From Longimicrobiales bacterium (GTDB lineage: Bacteria; Gemmatimonadota; Gemmatimonadetes; Longimicrobiales; Gaopeijiaceae): a DNA stretch of 64,000 nucleotides. Of the stretch, positions 7,502 to 16,198 are shown piece after piece. Location: NCBI GenBank assembly GCA_963664435.2, contig CAXXKM010000001.1, positions 1,088,001-1,152,000 on the forward strand. The letters run 5' to 3'. The translations under genes were made by a program, and so were the position numbers. Under the pieces are notes generated by a model that was not told where the DNA came from, ran no database searches, and worked only from the letters and a program-made list of their open reading frames with translations. The first letter of the stretch is position 1. Every line of letters starts with the position of its first letter.

Positions 7502-10500
7502 TTAGCTGGGTGGAATGGCTGCCGGGGTGCCCTTCGCCCACGTGCCCCCGTTGTCCACCCTCGTATCGACGCGAAGCTGGCTCGCCTTCGTCAGGTTGGA
7601 CTGGCTGACTGTGTAGAGAAGGGCTGGAGCGTCATCGTCTACCCATCCGTCGGTTGCTGCGTTGGCAGGAAGGTTGAGGTCAAAGTCACTCGAGTTCCAC
7701 TTGCCCCAGTCGGATCCAGAGTCGGTTTCTGGGTCGGTGTCCCTCGATACGGTAGGCGCCGTGATGGTGCCAGCGACGACCCATTCCCATCTGTTCTCCG
7801 TGGTGGAGCCGGTCTCGACCTGGACATATAGCGCGATTCGGTGCTCCAACTGCGGGCTGCCCGCTCCAGACCAGGAAGCTGTGATCACGTCTGTCACATC
7901 GGCGCCTCCTACGCCGCCCCCGATGTCGCGGTCCACCGTGACGCCCGAGGCACCCGAGGCCACGCCGGCAAGCTCTGCAGCGGCACTGACGGCGGCCGCG
8001 GCGTCGCGCGCGGTTCCATCTGCATCTACCACTGCGTTGCCGATCTTGACGTTGATCTCCCGGTAGTCATCATCGTCGTCTTCAGGAATGATGTACGTGG
8101 TAATCCGATCGTGCTTTACGGTGGTACCGGCGCTCGCCGTCCCGCGGCCGGCGGTACCGGCGGTGTTCGCACTAGTCCTCGTCCCGCGGATGGCGGGGGC
8201 CACGGTGGTGACGCCGCCCGAGGGCGCAGCAAAGGTGCTGCCGGTCGCGGTTGTCAAGGCGACGGTCGCATCATCCGCGGCCGTGTACGGGTTCGTGTTG
8301 CCGGCGCCGTCGTCGCCGGGTGCATTTCTGGTCTCGTAGTGCCACGTCACCACGATCGTGTCCGTAGGTTCTCCCTGGACGAGGCTGAATCCACGGGTGG
8401 CCGCGTCCGGTGTAATGGCGCTGGCCGGAACGGCCTCGCCTTCATGGGCGGCCCTTATCGTCACCCGCCTGACGCTCGCGATTCGGGGCTGGACGCTGTT
8501 TCCGGTGAACGTGCCGAACTGCAAGGTCTGGCCGGGGATGACGGCGATCGTGCCGCCGGGTCTGGTTGCCGGCGGATCGAACCAGGTATACCTCTCCGCG
8601 TCCCTCAGATTCAGGAAGTTCGGATGGGTGGGATCATAGTCGTCCCGAGGCGCGGCGCTGAGGGTGACGGTGCCGCTCAGGGTGGGCACCTTGAGGCTGA
8701 ACGTCCCGGTCTCCGTGGTTGTCACTTTAGTGCTACCCGACGTGGGAGCAGTCCAGGACGCCGTGACCGTAACCTCGGCGTGGGGCATGCCGCCTCCCGG
8801 ACCGGTCACCAGGCCAACAATCTCGGTGGCCGCGTAGCCTGTGAAGTCGATGCTCTGGCTCCCCCCGGCGATGGCCGAGGCCTGGCGGCTGGCGGGTATG
8901 AAGTGATAGCCGGTCTTACTCGGAGTCACGTCAACGAGTGGGTCATTGTTCGGCTGGATTTCGACGACCGCCGTGTAGGTGCCATCATCATCCGTCGTGA
9001 CCTTCCCTGATCCCTGCCCTGATCCCGCGTTGAGCGGGGCCTTGCCGTCCACCTTGATCTCCACGCCCTTGATCGGTGCGTTGGTACCGGCTTCCGTGAC
9101 CGTGCCGGTGATCGCGACGGTGTTGTTCGCGCCACTGAGGGAGATGTCGTGCCTCTCCACCGTGTTGGCGGCGAACGCGGGGGGGTGGGTTCCGGAGCCG
9201 GGGTTGTTAGTGGAATCCGCCTTGGCCGCCGGATATCCCGCCCTCTCCGTATTCACGAAGAGCTGTCCCCGCACGGCGCTGATGCCGGACACGATGTAGC
9301 GGCCCAGGTCGTCGGTCGTGGCCGTCATGCCGTTCACGGTCACGGTCACGTTCTCAAGGCCGACGCCGAGCGCGTTCCGCACGAAGCCGTAAAGGGTGGA
9401 GGTGGACGGTGTGACGTCGATGTGGACGTTCGTACCGTGGCCTCCCTGCCCAAGCGGGCTGAGCGCGTCTTCCGCCTTCATGGCGCCGACCATGCCCCGC
9501 CATCCGTCGGGAAGGCCGAGCTCGTAGGCGCCGGCCGCCATGGTTTCGAAGTCGTGATCGGTGCGCTCGTCGATGTCTGTCGTCGGGTCGTTGCTCGACG
9601 CAGTGGTGAAGGACCGTCCGACACCCGCGAGATTCTTGCCTTCGGCCGGTGTCAGGCTGACCTCGACCCCCGATTGACGCTTATCCCTGGCGTCGGTCGT
9701 ACTGAATCCGGCGCCCGACTTCCTGACTCCGTTCTTCGACACGTTCGCGGTCACATCGTGCGTGGTGACGACGGCGAACGAACCGCACTTGCCGAAGTCC
9801 TGGCCGGTGGGCTCGGTCTCCGTCAGCGGACAGAGCGTCACCGTGTGCCCCCAGCCGCCCATCGCGCCGAACGCACCGCCCATCACGCCGTTCTCGGCCA
9901 TGTTGCGGTAGGTGTCAAGCCCGTGGAGGTCAAGCAGCATGTAGCCGTCCATGGCGGTCGCATGAACGACAATGTCCAGGTCCGCCGGCAGGTGGGCGAA
10001 GGTGTATGCGCCCCTGCTGCCGCTCGTGTTCGCCCTGGAGTCCCAATCATCGCTCGAGATCGGACTGGTGAACCTGCCGTCGTTCCCGCTCGCCTGCCGG
10101 ACCTCGAGATCGACCAGCCCGGCTGCCCTGACGTCGCCACCCAGGACGCTGCCCGTGTAGCCGCGGACCTGGTCGCGCTCGTGGTGCACGTAGACCTTCA
10201 GCGTCTGGGTCGTGTAGGTCACCACGATCGGAGTGGCGTCCATGTTGCCAGCCAACTTGAGTCCGTTGTGCTCGTACATGCCGCCGGACGCCTCGTACAT
10301 CTCGCCGCCGTCCAGCTCGTCGTCCTGGTCCTCGGCGGCCGCAAAGGTGAAGACTGCGGGCAGGGCGTCGGGGGCCACGACGGTCGTGAACGCCGCGTTG
10401 CCGTCGTCGTCCAGCATCGTCGGCGCACCTGGGACCGCGTCTGCGCCGGACATGACGCTGATCTCCCAGCCAGCGAGCGCTTCGCCGCCACCGTAGTCGG

Positions 10501-12388
10501 TCATGACCGTGGCGCCGCTGACGTTCACGTCAACGTTCAGGTTGACGATGTCGGCGTCGTTGAGAACCGCAGGCGGATCCGCGCCCGCCGCCGGATGCAC
10601 AAACGACTGTGGATCCCACGTCACGGCCTGCATCTCGGCCGTCGGATCCACGAAGTAGTCGTCCGCAGCAACCATCATGTGGACCGTGTTGTCGCTGGTG
10701 CCGGCACGCGCAACCTTGATCGACGCATAGACGCCGGCCTCGCTGGCCTTGGTCTCCCCGCTGCCGACCATGGCGTTGTTCGCCCCGTAGAACGTCACGC
10801 TGGCGCCGGGAATCGGATCGCCGCGATACTCGCCGCCCTTCAGCGTGACCGCGACGTTGATCGTCGTGTGTGTGATGTCGAACGGAACGGCCTGCATCTT
10901 TTGCTCACCGACGTCGAGGTCGAAGGCGTAACCCACCCCCGGTCCGCCGTACGCGACATCGTTTGCCGCGAGCGCGGCTGCAACCGTGGCGTCGATCGGC
11001 ACGACCAGCTGGTAGGAGCCGGCACGCAGACCCGGGAACATGAACGAGCCATCCGGCCCGGTCGCGCTCAGCCGCTGGTCATTGACGCCCGGGCCCACCA
11101 GCGCCACCGGAACACCAGGTGCCGGCAACGGGTGCTCGCCCGCGTCCATCATGTCGTTCTTGTCCAGTTCGTCGAGGAACAGCATCCCCGAGACGCTCGC
11201 CGTGGTGGCGTGCGCACCCTCGAAGTTCACGATCACCGACTCGTCGTCGCCGACCGTCACGCTCGAGCTCATCCCATCGAACACGTAGGCATCGCCCATG
11301 ACCGCGATCGTGACCGTGTAGTCGCCCGCTGCCAGGCCCGCGAAGGCGTACTGGCCGCTGACGTCGGTCATCGTGCTCGCGTCGGCCGCGCCTGATAGCG
11401 TGACCGCGATGTCTCCGAGTCCCATGCCCTCGACGCTCACCCGGCCGCTGATGCCCGAGGTGCGGAGCAGGACGCCCGTGAACGACACCGTGCCGGTCTC
11501 GTCGAGATCCACGCTCACGTCCTGCGACGTGGCCGCAAACTCGTAATCGCGCGGGTCGAAGTCCGCGATCTCGACCCTGTAGTCACCGGGGCGAAGTTCC
11601 TCGAACCGGAACATGCCATCGCCGTCCGTCATCATCGTGTAGCTCTCGTCGGACGGACCGCCGGTCAGCGTAACCGTAATGCCGGCAAGCCCCTCGCCTT
11701 CGATGATCACCTGACCCTCGACCGCGGAGGTGCGGATGAAGTGGCCCGTGAAGTCGGCCTGGCCGACATCGCCCACGTCAACCTCGATCTCGACGCTCAC
11801 CGTCTCGAAGGAGATGTCCTCGGGATAGTCCGAGATCGTGACCGTGTAGGTGCCCGCGCGGAGTCCGGTGAAGGCGAAGCCGCCGCTCATGTCGGTCTCC
11901 ATGGTCTCGCCCATGGCGTGCTCGCCGCCGAGGGTGACCGTCACGCCAGCCAGCGTCTCGGGCTGACCGTCGCCGCCGCTCATCATGGCGTCTGCCGCAA
12001 CCACGTTGCCGACCACCGCGGAGGAGCGGACGTACTCGCCGGCGAAGTTGAGTTGGACGTTCTGACCATCGGTCGCGATGGTCGCGGACTGCGTCACCTG
12101 GGCGAACGTCGCATCCTCGGGGAAGCCGCTGATGGTGACCGTGTAGGTCCCGGCTTCCACGCCCGAGAAGGCGAAGCTGCCACCCGACCCCGTCGTCGTG
12201 GTCGCACCCGACGACAAGGTGGCGGTGATGCCGCTGGCGGCCGTGCCTTCAATCGTCACCGTCCCCGAGATGGTTCCCACGGGAGTGGGCGGCGGGGGCG
12301 GCTCCACAGGCGGTGGAGTGCCCTCGTCGCAGGCGGTGAAGGCCAAGGCCATCAGCGTAGCTGTGGCGAAGAGTCTGAGTCGATTCAT
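7502..12388 (-). CDS. Giant surface lipoprotein with tandem carboxypeptidase-regulatory-like/prealbumin-fold repeats
   Basis: 1628 aa; lipobox FTAC, Pro linker, repeated G(T/D)Y(T/R)V(T/E)I and ISGxV units; RBS AGGAG. Confidence 0.85.
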   Translation of the reverse strand: MNRLRLFATATLMALAFTACDEGTPPPVEPPPPPTPVGTISGTVTIEGTAASGITATLSSGATTTTGSGGSFAFSGVEAGTYTVTISGFPEDATFAQVTQSATIATDGQNVQLNFAGEYVRSSAVVGNVVAADAMMSGGDGQPETLAGVTVTLGGEHAMGETMETDMSGGFAFTGLRAGTYTVTISDYPEDISFETVSVEIEVDVGDVGQADFTGHFIRTSAVEGQVIIEGEGLAGITVTLTGGPSDESYTMMTDGDGMFRFEELRPGDYRVEIADFDPRDYEFAATSQDVSVDLDETGTVSFTGVLLRTSGISGRVSVEGMGLGDIAVTLSGAADASTMTDVSGQYAFAGLAAGDYTVTIAVMGDAYVFDGMSSSVTVGDDESVIVNFEGAHATTASVSGMLFLDELDKNDMMDAGEHPLPAPGVPVALVGPGVNDQRLSATGPDGSFMFPGLRAGSYQLVVPIDATVAAALAANDVAYGGPGVGYAFDLDVGEQKMQAVPFDITHTTINVAVTLKGGEYRGDPIPGASVTFYGANNAMVGSGETKASEAGVYASIKVARAGTSDNTVHMMVAADDYFVDPTAEMQAVTWDPQSFVHPAAGADPPAVLNDADIVNLNVDVNVSGATVMTDYGGGEALAGWEISVMSGADAVPGAPTMLDDDGNAAFTTVVAPDALPAVFTFAAAEDQDDELDGGEMYEASGGMYEHNGLKLAGNMDATPIVVTYTTQTLKVYVHHERDQVRGYTGSVLGGDVRAAGLVDLEVRQASGNDGRFTSPISSDDWDSRANTSGSRGAYTFAHLPADLDIVVHATAMDGYMLLDLHGLDTYRNMAENGVMGGAFGAMGGWGHTVTLCPLTETEPTGQDFGKCGSFAVVTTHDVTANVSKNGVRKSGAGFSTTDARDKRQSGVEVSLTPAEGKNLAGVGRSFTTASSNDPTTDIDERTDHDFETMAAGAYELGLPDGWRGMVGAMKAEDALSPLGQGGHGTNVHIDVTPSTSTLYGFVRNALGVGLENVTVTVNGMTATTDDLGRYIVSGISAVRGQLFVNTERAGYPAAKADSTNNPGSGTHPPAFAANTVERHDISLSGANNTVAITGTVTEAGTNAPIKGVEIKVDGKAPLNAGSGQGSGKVTTDDDGTYTAVVEIQPNNDPLVDVTPSKTGYHFIPASRQASAIAGGSQSIDFTGYAATEIVGLVTGPGGGMPHAEVTVTASWTAPTSGSTKVTTTETGTFSLKVPTLSGTVTLSAAPRDDYDPTHPNFLNLRDAERYTWFDPPATRPGGTIAVIPGQTLQFGTFTGNSVQPRIASVRRVTIRAAHEGEAVPASAITPDAATRGFSLVQGEPTDTIVVTWHYETRNAPGDDGAGNTNPYTAADDATVALTTATGSTFAAPSGGVTTVAPAIRGTRTSANTAGTAGRGTASAGTTVKHDRITTYIIPEDDDDDYREINVKIGNAVVDADGTARDAAAAVSAAAELAGVASGASGVTVDRDIGGGVGGADVTDVITASWSGAGSPQLEHRIALYVQVETGSTTENRWEWVVAGTITAPTVSRDTDPETDSGSDWGKWNSSDFDLNLPANAATDGWVDDDAPALLYTVSQSNLTKASQLRVDTRVDNGGTWAKGTPAAIPPS

Positions 12389-12764
12389 GGAATCTCCTGA
12401 GTGATGGGAATGAATACCGGCCTGAAGCGGCTGGAGAGAGTCGCGTGCCCTCGGATAAGCAAAGGTGGTGCCAGTTTGGAAACCTTCATATTTCTCAAGC
12501 AGTTACGGACTATCCTTCTGCTCCACGGCACAGCCTCATCGGTGAAAATCCTCGGATAATCGAGGATCAACGCTGTTTTCTGAATATGACAAAAGCGATG
12601 GTTATACATCGGTATTGACCTACACTGTCCTCCCGCTTGTCGCATGCCGTGATCAGAAACCCGGCTCTCAAGATACCGGCTCACCTTCCGTCGTCATAGT
12701 GACAATAACGGGGATCGCAAAGGACACAAACGATGACGGCTACCCGGGCCGGACCCCTACTATA

Positions 12765-12791
12765 TGATAGGCGCCTATGATTTGATAGGCG
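12765..12791. promoter_or_regulatory. Candidate operator
   Basis: Perfect palindrome ATAGGCGCCTAT (12767-12778) and TGATAGGCG direct repeat (12765, 12783) in an AT-richer divergent intergenic region. Confidence 0.45.
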
Positions 12792-12898
12792 TGACAAAAT
12801 GGTGACTCTGCCCTACTGGTATTGTCGGGCTCACTAGTGGGCAAGGAAGTCGCCGCGATGGTCGCTCGCGCATCCTGCTCCCAGGGACGGCGTGGCGG

Positions 12899-13762
12899 AT
12901 GGAATCGGAACGAACTGTCTACTCGCTGTATTGCACGGACGACGATCTTGGAGACCGACTCGAGCGGGTGCTTCACGGTGTCGCCGTCCAGCGAGTGAGG
13001 TCGAGAAAGGCACTCGTGGCGGCGTCCGTGAGCACTCGGGCGGCGGTCGTCGGCATCACCGCGTGCTCCGATACCGAGATCGCATGGCTGCGGTCGGGCT
13101 TCGGGCTTCTGGGTCCGCCTTGCGTCGTGGTGGCGCGCCTCTCGGTGGGCTGCGTGCGACGATTGCAAGCGCTCCGTTCCGGCAGGGTGCGGGTCATCTG
13201 GGCGGACGAAGTGGAAAGCCGCCTCGTCGAGGTCCTGGAGGGCTTCGCGGGAACGCACCGGGGTCCGATGTGGCGGCTCGGCGTGAAGCTGCTCTCCGAT
13301 CACTCCTTCAGACCTTCACTCCGGGAGACCATCAGCCGGGTCTGCGGCCTGCACGACGATGTCGGGGACGCCCCGTTCATCCCGGCAAACTCGGTCGGCC
13401 GACTGGCGCGCCGCGTCGACCTGGCCCCTCCTACGCTGAGGCAATACTGGAGGGAGGACATGCCCCTCCGGTGCAGCCTGAAGGAATTCCTGGGCTGGGC
13501 GGTCATCCTCTGGGCCGTGCGCGCTCGCTCGCGGGACGGCTGGAACGCCATCGCCGACCGGGCGGGACTGCAGCGCCGCACCCTGCAGAGGAACTTCAAC
13601 CGGCTGGCTGGCTGTACGCTCGCGGCGGCGGCCGAGGATCCGGAGCAGGTCGTTCGGCGATTCAACGAATGGGTCGATTCGGTGTGGGAGCCCCACGCCG
13701 GCAACGGGCCCGGGAAATCCCATCCGGTTCCCGCGCGGGCAGCCGTCGAGCGGATATCGTGA
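12899..13762 (+). CDS. Putative transcription regulator (degenerate receiver-like + AraC-like HTH)
   Basis: Two HTH-like segments: SVGRLARRVDLAPPTLRQYW and WNAIADRAGLQRRTLQRNFNRLAG. Confidence 0.55.
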   Translation: MESERTVYSLYCTDDDLGDRLERVLHGVAVQRVRSRKALVAASVSTRAAVVGITACSDTEIAWLRSGFGLLGPPCVVVARLSVGCVRRLQALRSGRVRVIWADEVESRLVEVLEGFAGTHRGPMWRLGVKLLSDHSFRPSLRETISRVCGLHDDVGDAPFIPANSVGRLARRVDLAPPTLRQYWREDMPLRCSLKEFLGWAVILWAVRARSRDGWNAIADRAGLQRRTLQRNFNRLAGCTLAAAAEDPEQVVRRFNEWVDSVWEPHAGNGPGKSHPVPARAAVERIS

Positions 13763-14805
13763 CCGTGGCCGGATCGACTTACCGGCGTTACGTCGGCTGG
13801 CGCTGCAGGCTCTATCCGAGTCCCTCACAGGACGCGGCGCTGCACCGATGCAGGAACGGCCTGCGCGAGCTCTCCAATGAACTGCTCGTCGCCTCCCAAC
13901 TCAGGTACGGGGAATCCGGACGGCGGCTCTCCCTGACCGAGATGCGCGCCTTCGCGCGGGACTGGAAGCGGCAGCCGGAGCACAGGGGGTTCCCCGCCAG
14001 CGCCACCTACCGCGTCGCCGACGATCTCGACCGCGCCTTCCGCACCTGGTTCAGCAAGCCCGGCAGACGTGGGCGAAGCGGGTTCCCCCAGCTGAAGGCC
14101 ATCGGGGGAGAGCCCGGCATCTACTTCAGCAACCAGGGCATCCGCATCGAGGGCAGCCGGGTGTGGCTGCCCAAGTACGGCTCGGTGCGCTGGAAGGGCG
14201 GGAGGCTGCCCCCCGGGAGACTCGCGGGACCGTCCGGACGCAAGACCCTCGGTCTGCTCTCCGGACGAGTCTGGCTGGACGCGGGAAACCGGTGGATGCT
14301 CTCCTGCCTGTTCGAGTGCGAGCCGCTCACCCCTTCCAGGGCGAGAACGGACAAGGCCGCGGTCCGACAACACGGCCGCGAAATCATGGTGTCGGTCGAC
14401 GGGGAATCCGTCCACGTGATCCGCGAGAGCAGGGCGCTCCGCAACGCCAGACGCCGCCTGGCAAGGCTCGAGCGGCGGCTGGAGCGATGCGAATTCAAGT
14501 CCGAAGGCCGCAAGCGCACCCTGGCTCTCATGCGCAACCAGGCGCGCAAGGTCCGGAACCACCAGGCGGATCTGCAGCACAAGGCCACGACCGGCGTCGT
14601 GCATGAAGCCCGCGAGATCGAAGTCGAAGGCGCGAGCTCGGAACTGCTGCGCCAACTCGAATACAAGGCGGAGTGGCACGGCCGCCGACTGAAGGTACGG
14701 CGAGGCCCGCCGGAACCGGGGACCGGCAATCCCCGACGCGCGCGGAGACCGGGGAGCCGGTCGCTGAAACGCGAATCGCGGACGCGAAGGTCGAAAGCCC
14801 TGTAG
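13759..14805 (+). CDS. TnpB-derived protein, probably nuclease-dead
   Basis: WRCRLYPSPSQ, DLDRAFRTWF, GFPQLK, VWLPKYGSVR, LQHKATT, LRQLEYKAEWHG; RuvC-I Asp, Zn finger and RuvC-III not evident. Confidence 0.85.
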   Translation: MTVAGSTYRRYVGWRCRLYPSPSQDAALHRCRNGLRELSNELLVASQLRYGESGRRLSLTEMRAFARDWKRQPEHRGFPASATYRVADDLDRAFRTWFSKPGRRGRSGFPQLKAIGGEPGIYFSNQGIRIEGSRVWLPKYGSVRWKGGRLPPGRLAGPSGRKTLGLLSGRVWLDAGNRWMLSCLFECEPLTPSRARTDKAAVRQHGREIMVSVDGESVHVIRESRALRNARRRLARLERRLERCEFKSEGRKRTLALMRNQARKVRNHQADLQHKATTGVVHEAREIEVEGASSELLRQLEYKAEWHGRRLKVRRGPPEPGTGNPRRARRPGSRSLKRESRTRRSKAL

Positions 14806-14830
14806 CCGTCTGCGAAGGCCGGAACGAATC
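14715..14830 (+). ncRNA. Putative omegaRNA scaffold overlapping the tnpB 3' end; boundaries approximate
   Basis: ACGCGCGCGGAGA...GTCGCTGAAACGCGAA resembles tnpB 3' regions; hairpin TCGCGGACG/CGTCTGCGA (14776-14815) with a GAAA loop. Confidence 0.45.
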
Positions 14831-14903
14831 AGGGGGGCCAGGCGATAGCCGACGCGAGGCCCGGGCGGGAACGAAACCACAGAGCTCGGTGCTACACGTC
14901 CGG

Positions 14904-16106
14904 ATGGACACCGAGATGAAGCGGAGGACGACGACGGCGATCCTGGCCCTGGCCGCGATGGTTGCCGGTTGCGAAGCGCCCCCCGTCTCGACGAGCACGT
15001 CGCGCGACAGCCTCGGGGTCACGATCGTCGAATCGGTCGCGCCCTTGTGGGGTGCGGGTGACGCATGGCGGATCGAGGAGGAACCGATCCTCGACCTGGC
15101 CGGGACCGGCTCGGGCGAAATGCACACCTTCTTTCGCGTGAGGGACGTGCTGCGCGCGGGATCCGGGCATCTGGCCGTTGCCGACGGGGCGTCCCAGCAG
15201 GTCCGGGTCTACGATGCAACGGGGCGATTCGTCCGTGCATTCGGTGGGCCGGGCGAGGGACCGGGCGAGTTTCGCTCCCTCTGGACCATCGTGCTGAGGC
15301 CCGACGGGCGACTCGTGGCACTGGACCGCACGGCGGGGGGAAGCGGCGCGGAGTTCGACCTGGAATCGGGGCTGATCGCTTCGTTCCGGTTGCCGGAGGG
15401 CGTCTCGCCGGTTCGGCACCCGGTGCCCTCGGACGTGGTCTGGGGGCTGGATCCGGCGCCCGCCGCGGACGAGGAGAGGCGGCGCGCGGGTCTACGGCGT
15501 CCTCCGGTCACCATCGTTCGGTTGTCGGAGGACCGGATGTCGGGCGACTCGGTCACGAGCCTTCCCGGATACGAGAACTTCATCATTACCGAAGGGGACG
15601 ACATCCCGATCATGGGTCGGTTGCCCCATGCAGTGCCGGACGGCGCAGGACGAATCGCAATGGGCACGGCGGACGCGCTGGAGTACTCGATCGTCGATGG
15701 CCGGACCGGCGAGCTGCGCCTGATCGCGAGGATTCCCGGAGTTCAGCTGGCCGTGTCCCGCGCGGAAGTGGACCGTGAACGGGAGGAATGGCTGGGACCC
15801 GATCCCAGTCCCTTCATTCGCGACTTCATGGCCCGCTTGCCCGAGCCCGCGGAGAAACCGGGCTATCAGCGGATGATCGTGGACGCCGACGGAAATGTGT
15901 GGGCGGGAGAATACCTCGGACTCGCCCGGCGCAACGAACCGCAGGAGTGGTACGTGCTGGACTCGTCGGGGGCGTGGCTCGGAATCGTCGACACGCCGGC
16001 ACGCTTCGAGCTGATGCGGGTGGGCGCCGATGAGGTGTTCGGGGTGCGGCGTGACGCCAACGACGTCGAGCATCCGCAGGTTCTGCGGCTGGTTAAGCCC
16101 TTGTAG
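14904..16106 (+). CDS. Beta-propeller lipoprotein
   Basis: Lipobox VAGC; RDSLGVTIVES, FGGPGEGPGEFR, DADGNVW. Confidence 0.85.
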   Translation: MDTEMKRRTTTAILALAAMVAGCEAPPVSTSTSRDSLGVTIVESVAPLWGAGDAWRIEEEPILDLAGTGSGEMHTFFRVRDVLRAGSGHLAVADGASQQVRVYDATGRFVRAFGGPGEGPGEFRSLWTIVLRPDGRLVALDRTAGGSGAEFDLESGLIASFRLPEGVSPVRHPVPSDVVWGLDPAPAADEERRRAGLRRPPVTIVRLSEDRMSGDSVTSLPGYENFIITEGDDIPIMGRLPHAVPDGAGRIAMGTADALEYSIVDGRTGELRLIARIPGVQLAVSRAEVDREREEWLGPDPSPFIRDFMARLPEPAEKPGYQRMIVDADGNVWAGEYLGLARRNEPQEWYVLDSSGAWLGIVDTPARFELMRVGADEVFGVRRDANDVEHPQVLRLVKPL

Positions 16107-16146
16107 GCCTCGATGGGACGTTTCAGCTGAAACGCGAAGGGCGCGA
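16107..16146 (+). repeat. 40-bp copy of galK-internal 17301-17340
   Basis: 38/40 identical; contains palindrome CGTTTCAGCTGAAACG. Confidence 0.9.
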
Positions 16147-16198
16147 CACCGGCCCCGACGGCATCGGGTTGACTGGATCACGCCGGCAGGACACCGGG

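Noticed and set aside
12416..12422. dTnpB guide target in the giant lipoprotein 5' region (AGGCCGG shared with 14816-14822)
   Set aside because: Only 7 GC-rich nt match and the guide boundary is unknown, so chance is likely
12892..13758. N-terminal extension of the 637-aa ORF
   Set aside because: Overlaps the regulator in another frame; TnpB similarity begins at 13759
13759..14805. Active IS200/IS605 or IS607 element
   Set aside because: No tnpA, no recognisable left end, catalytic motifs missing
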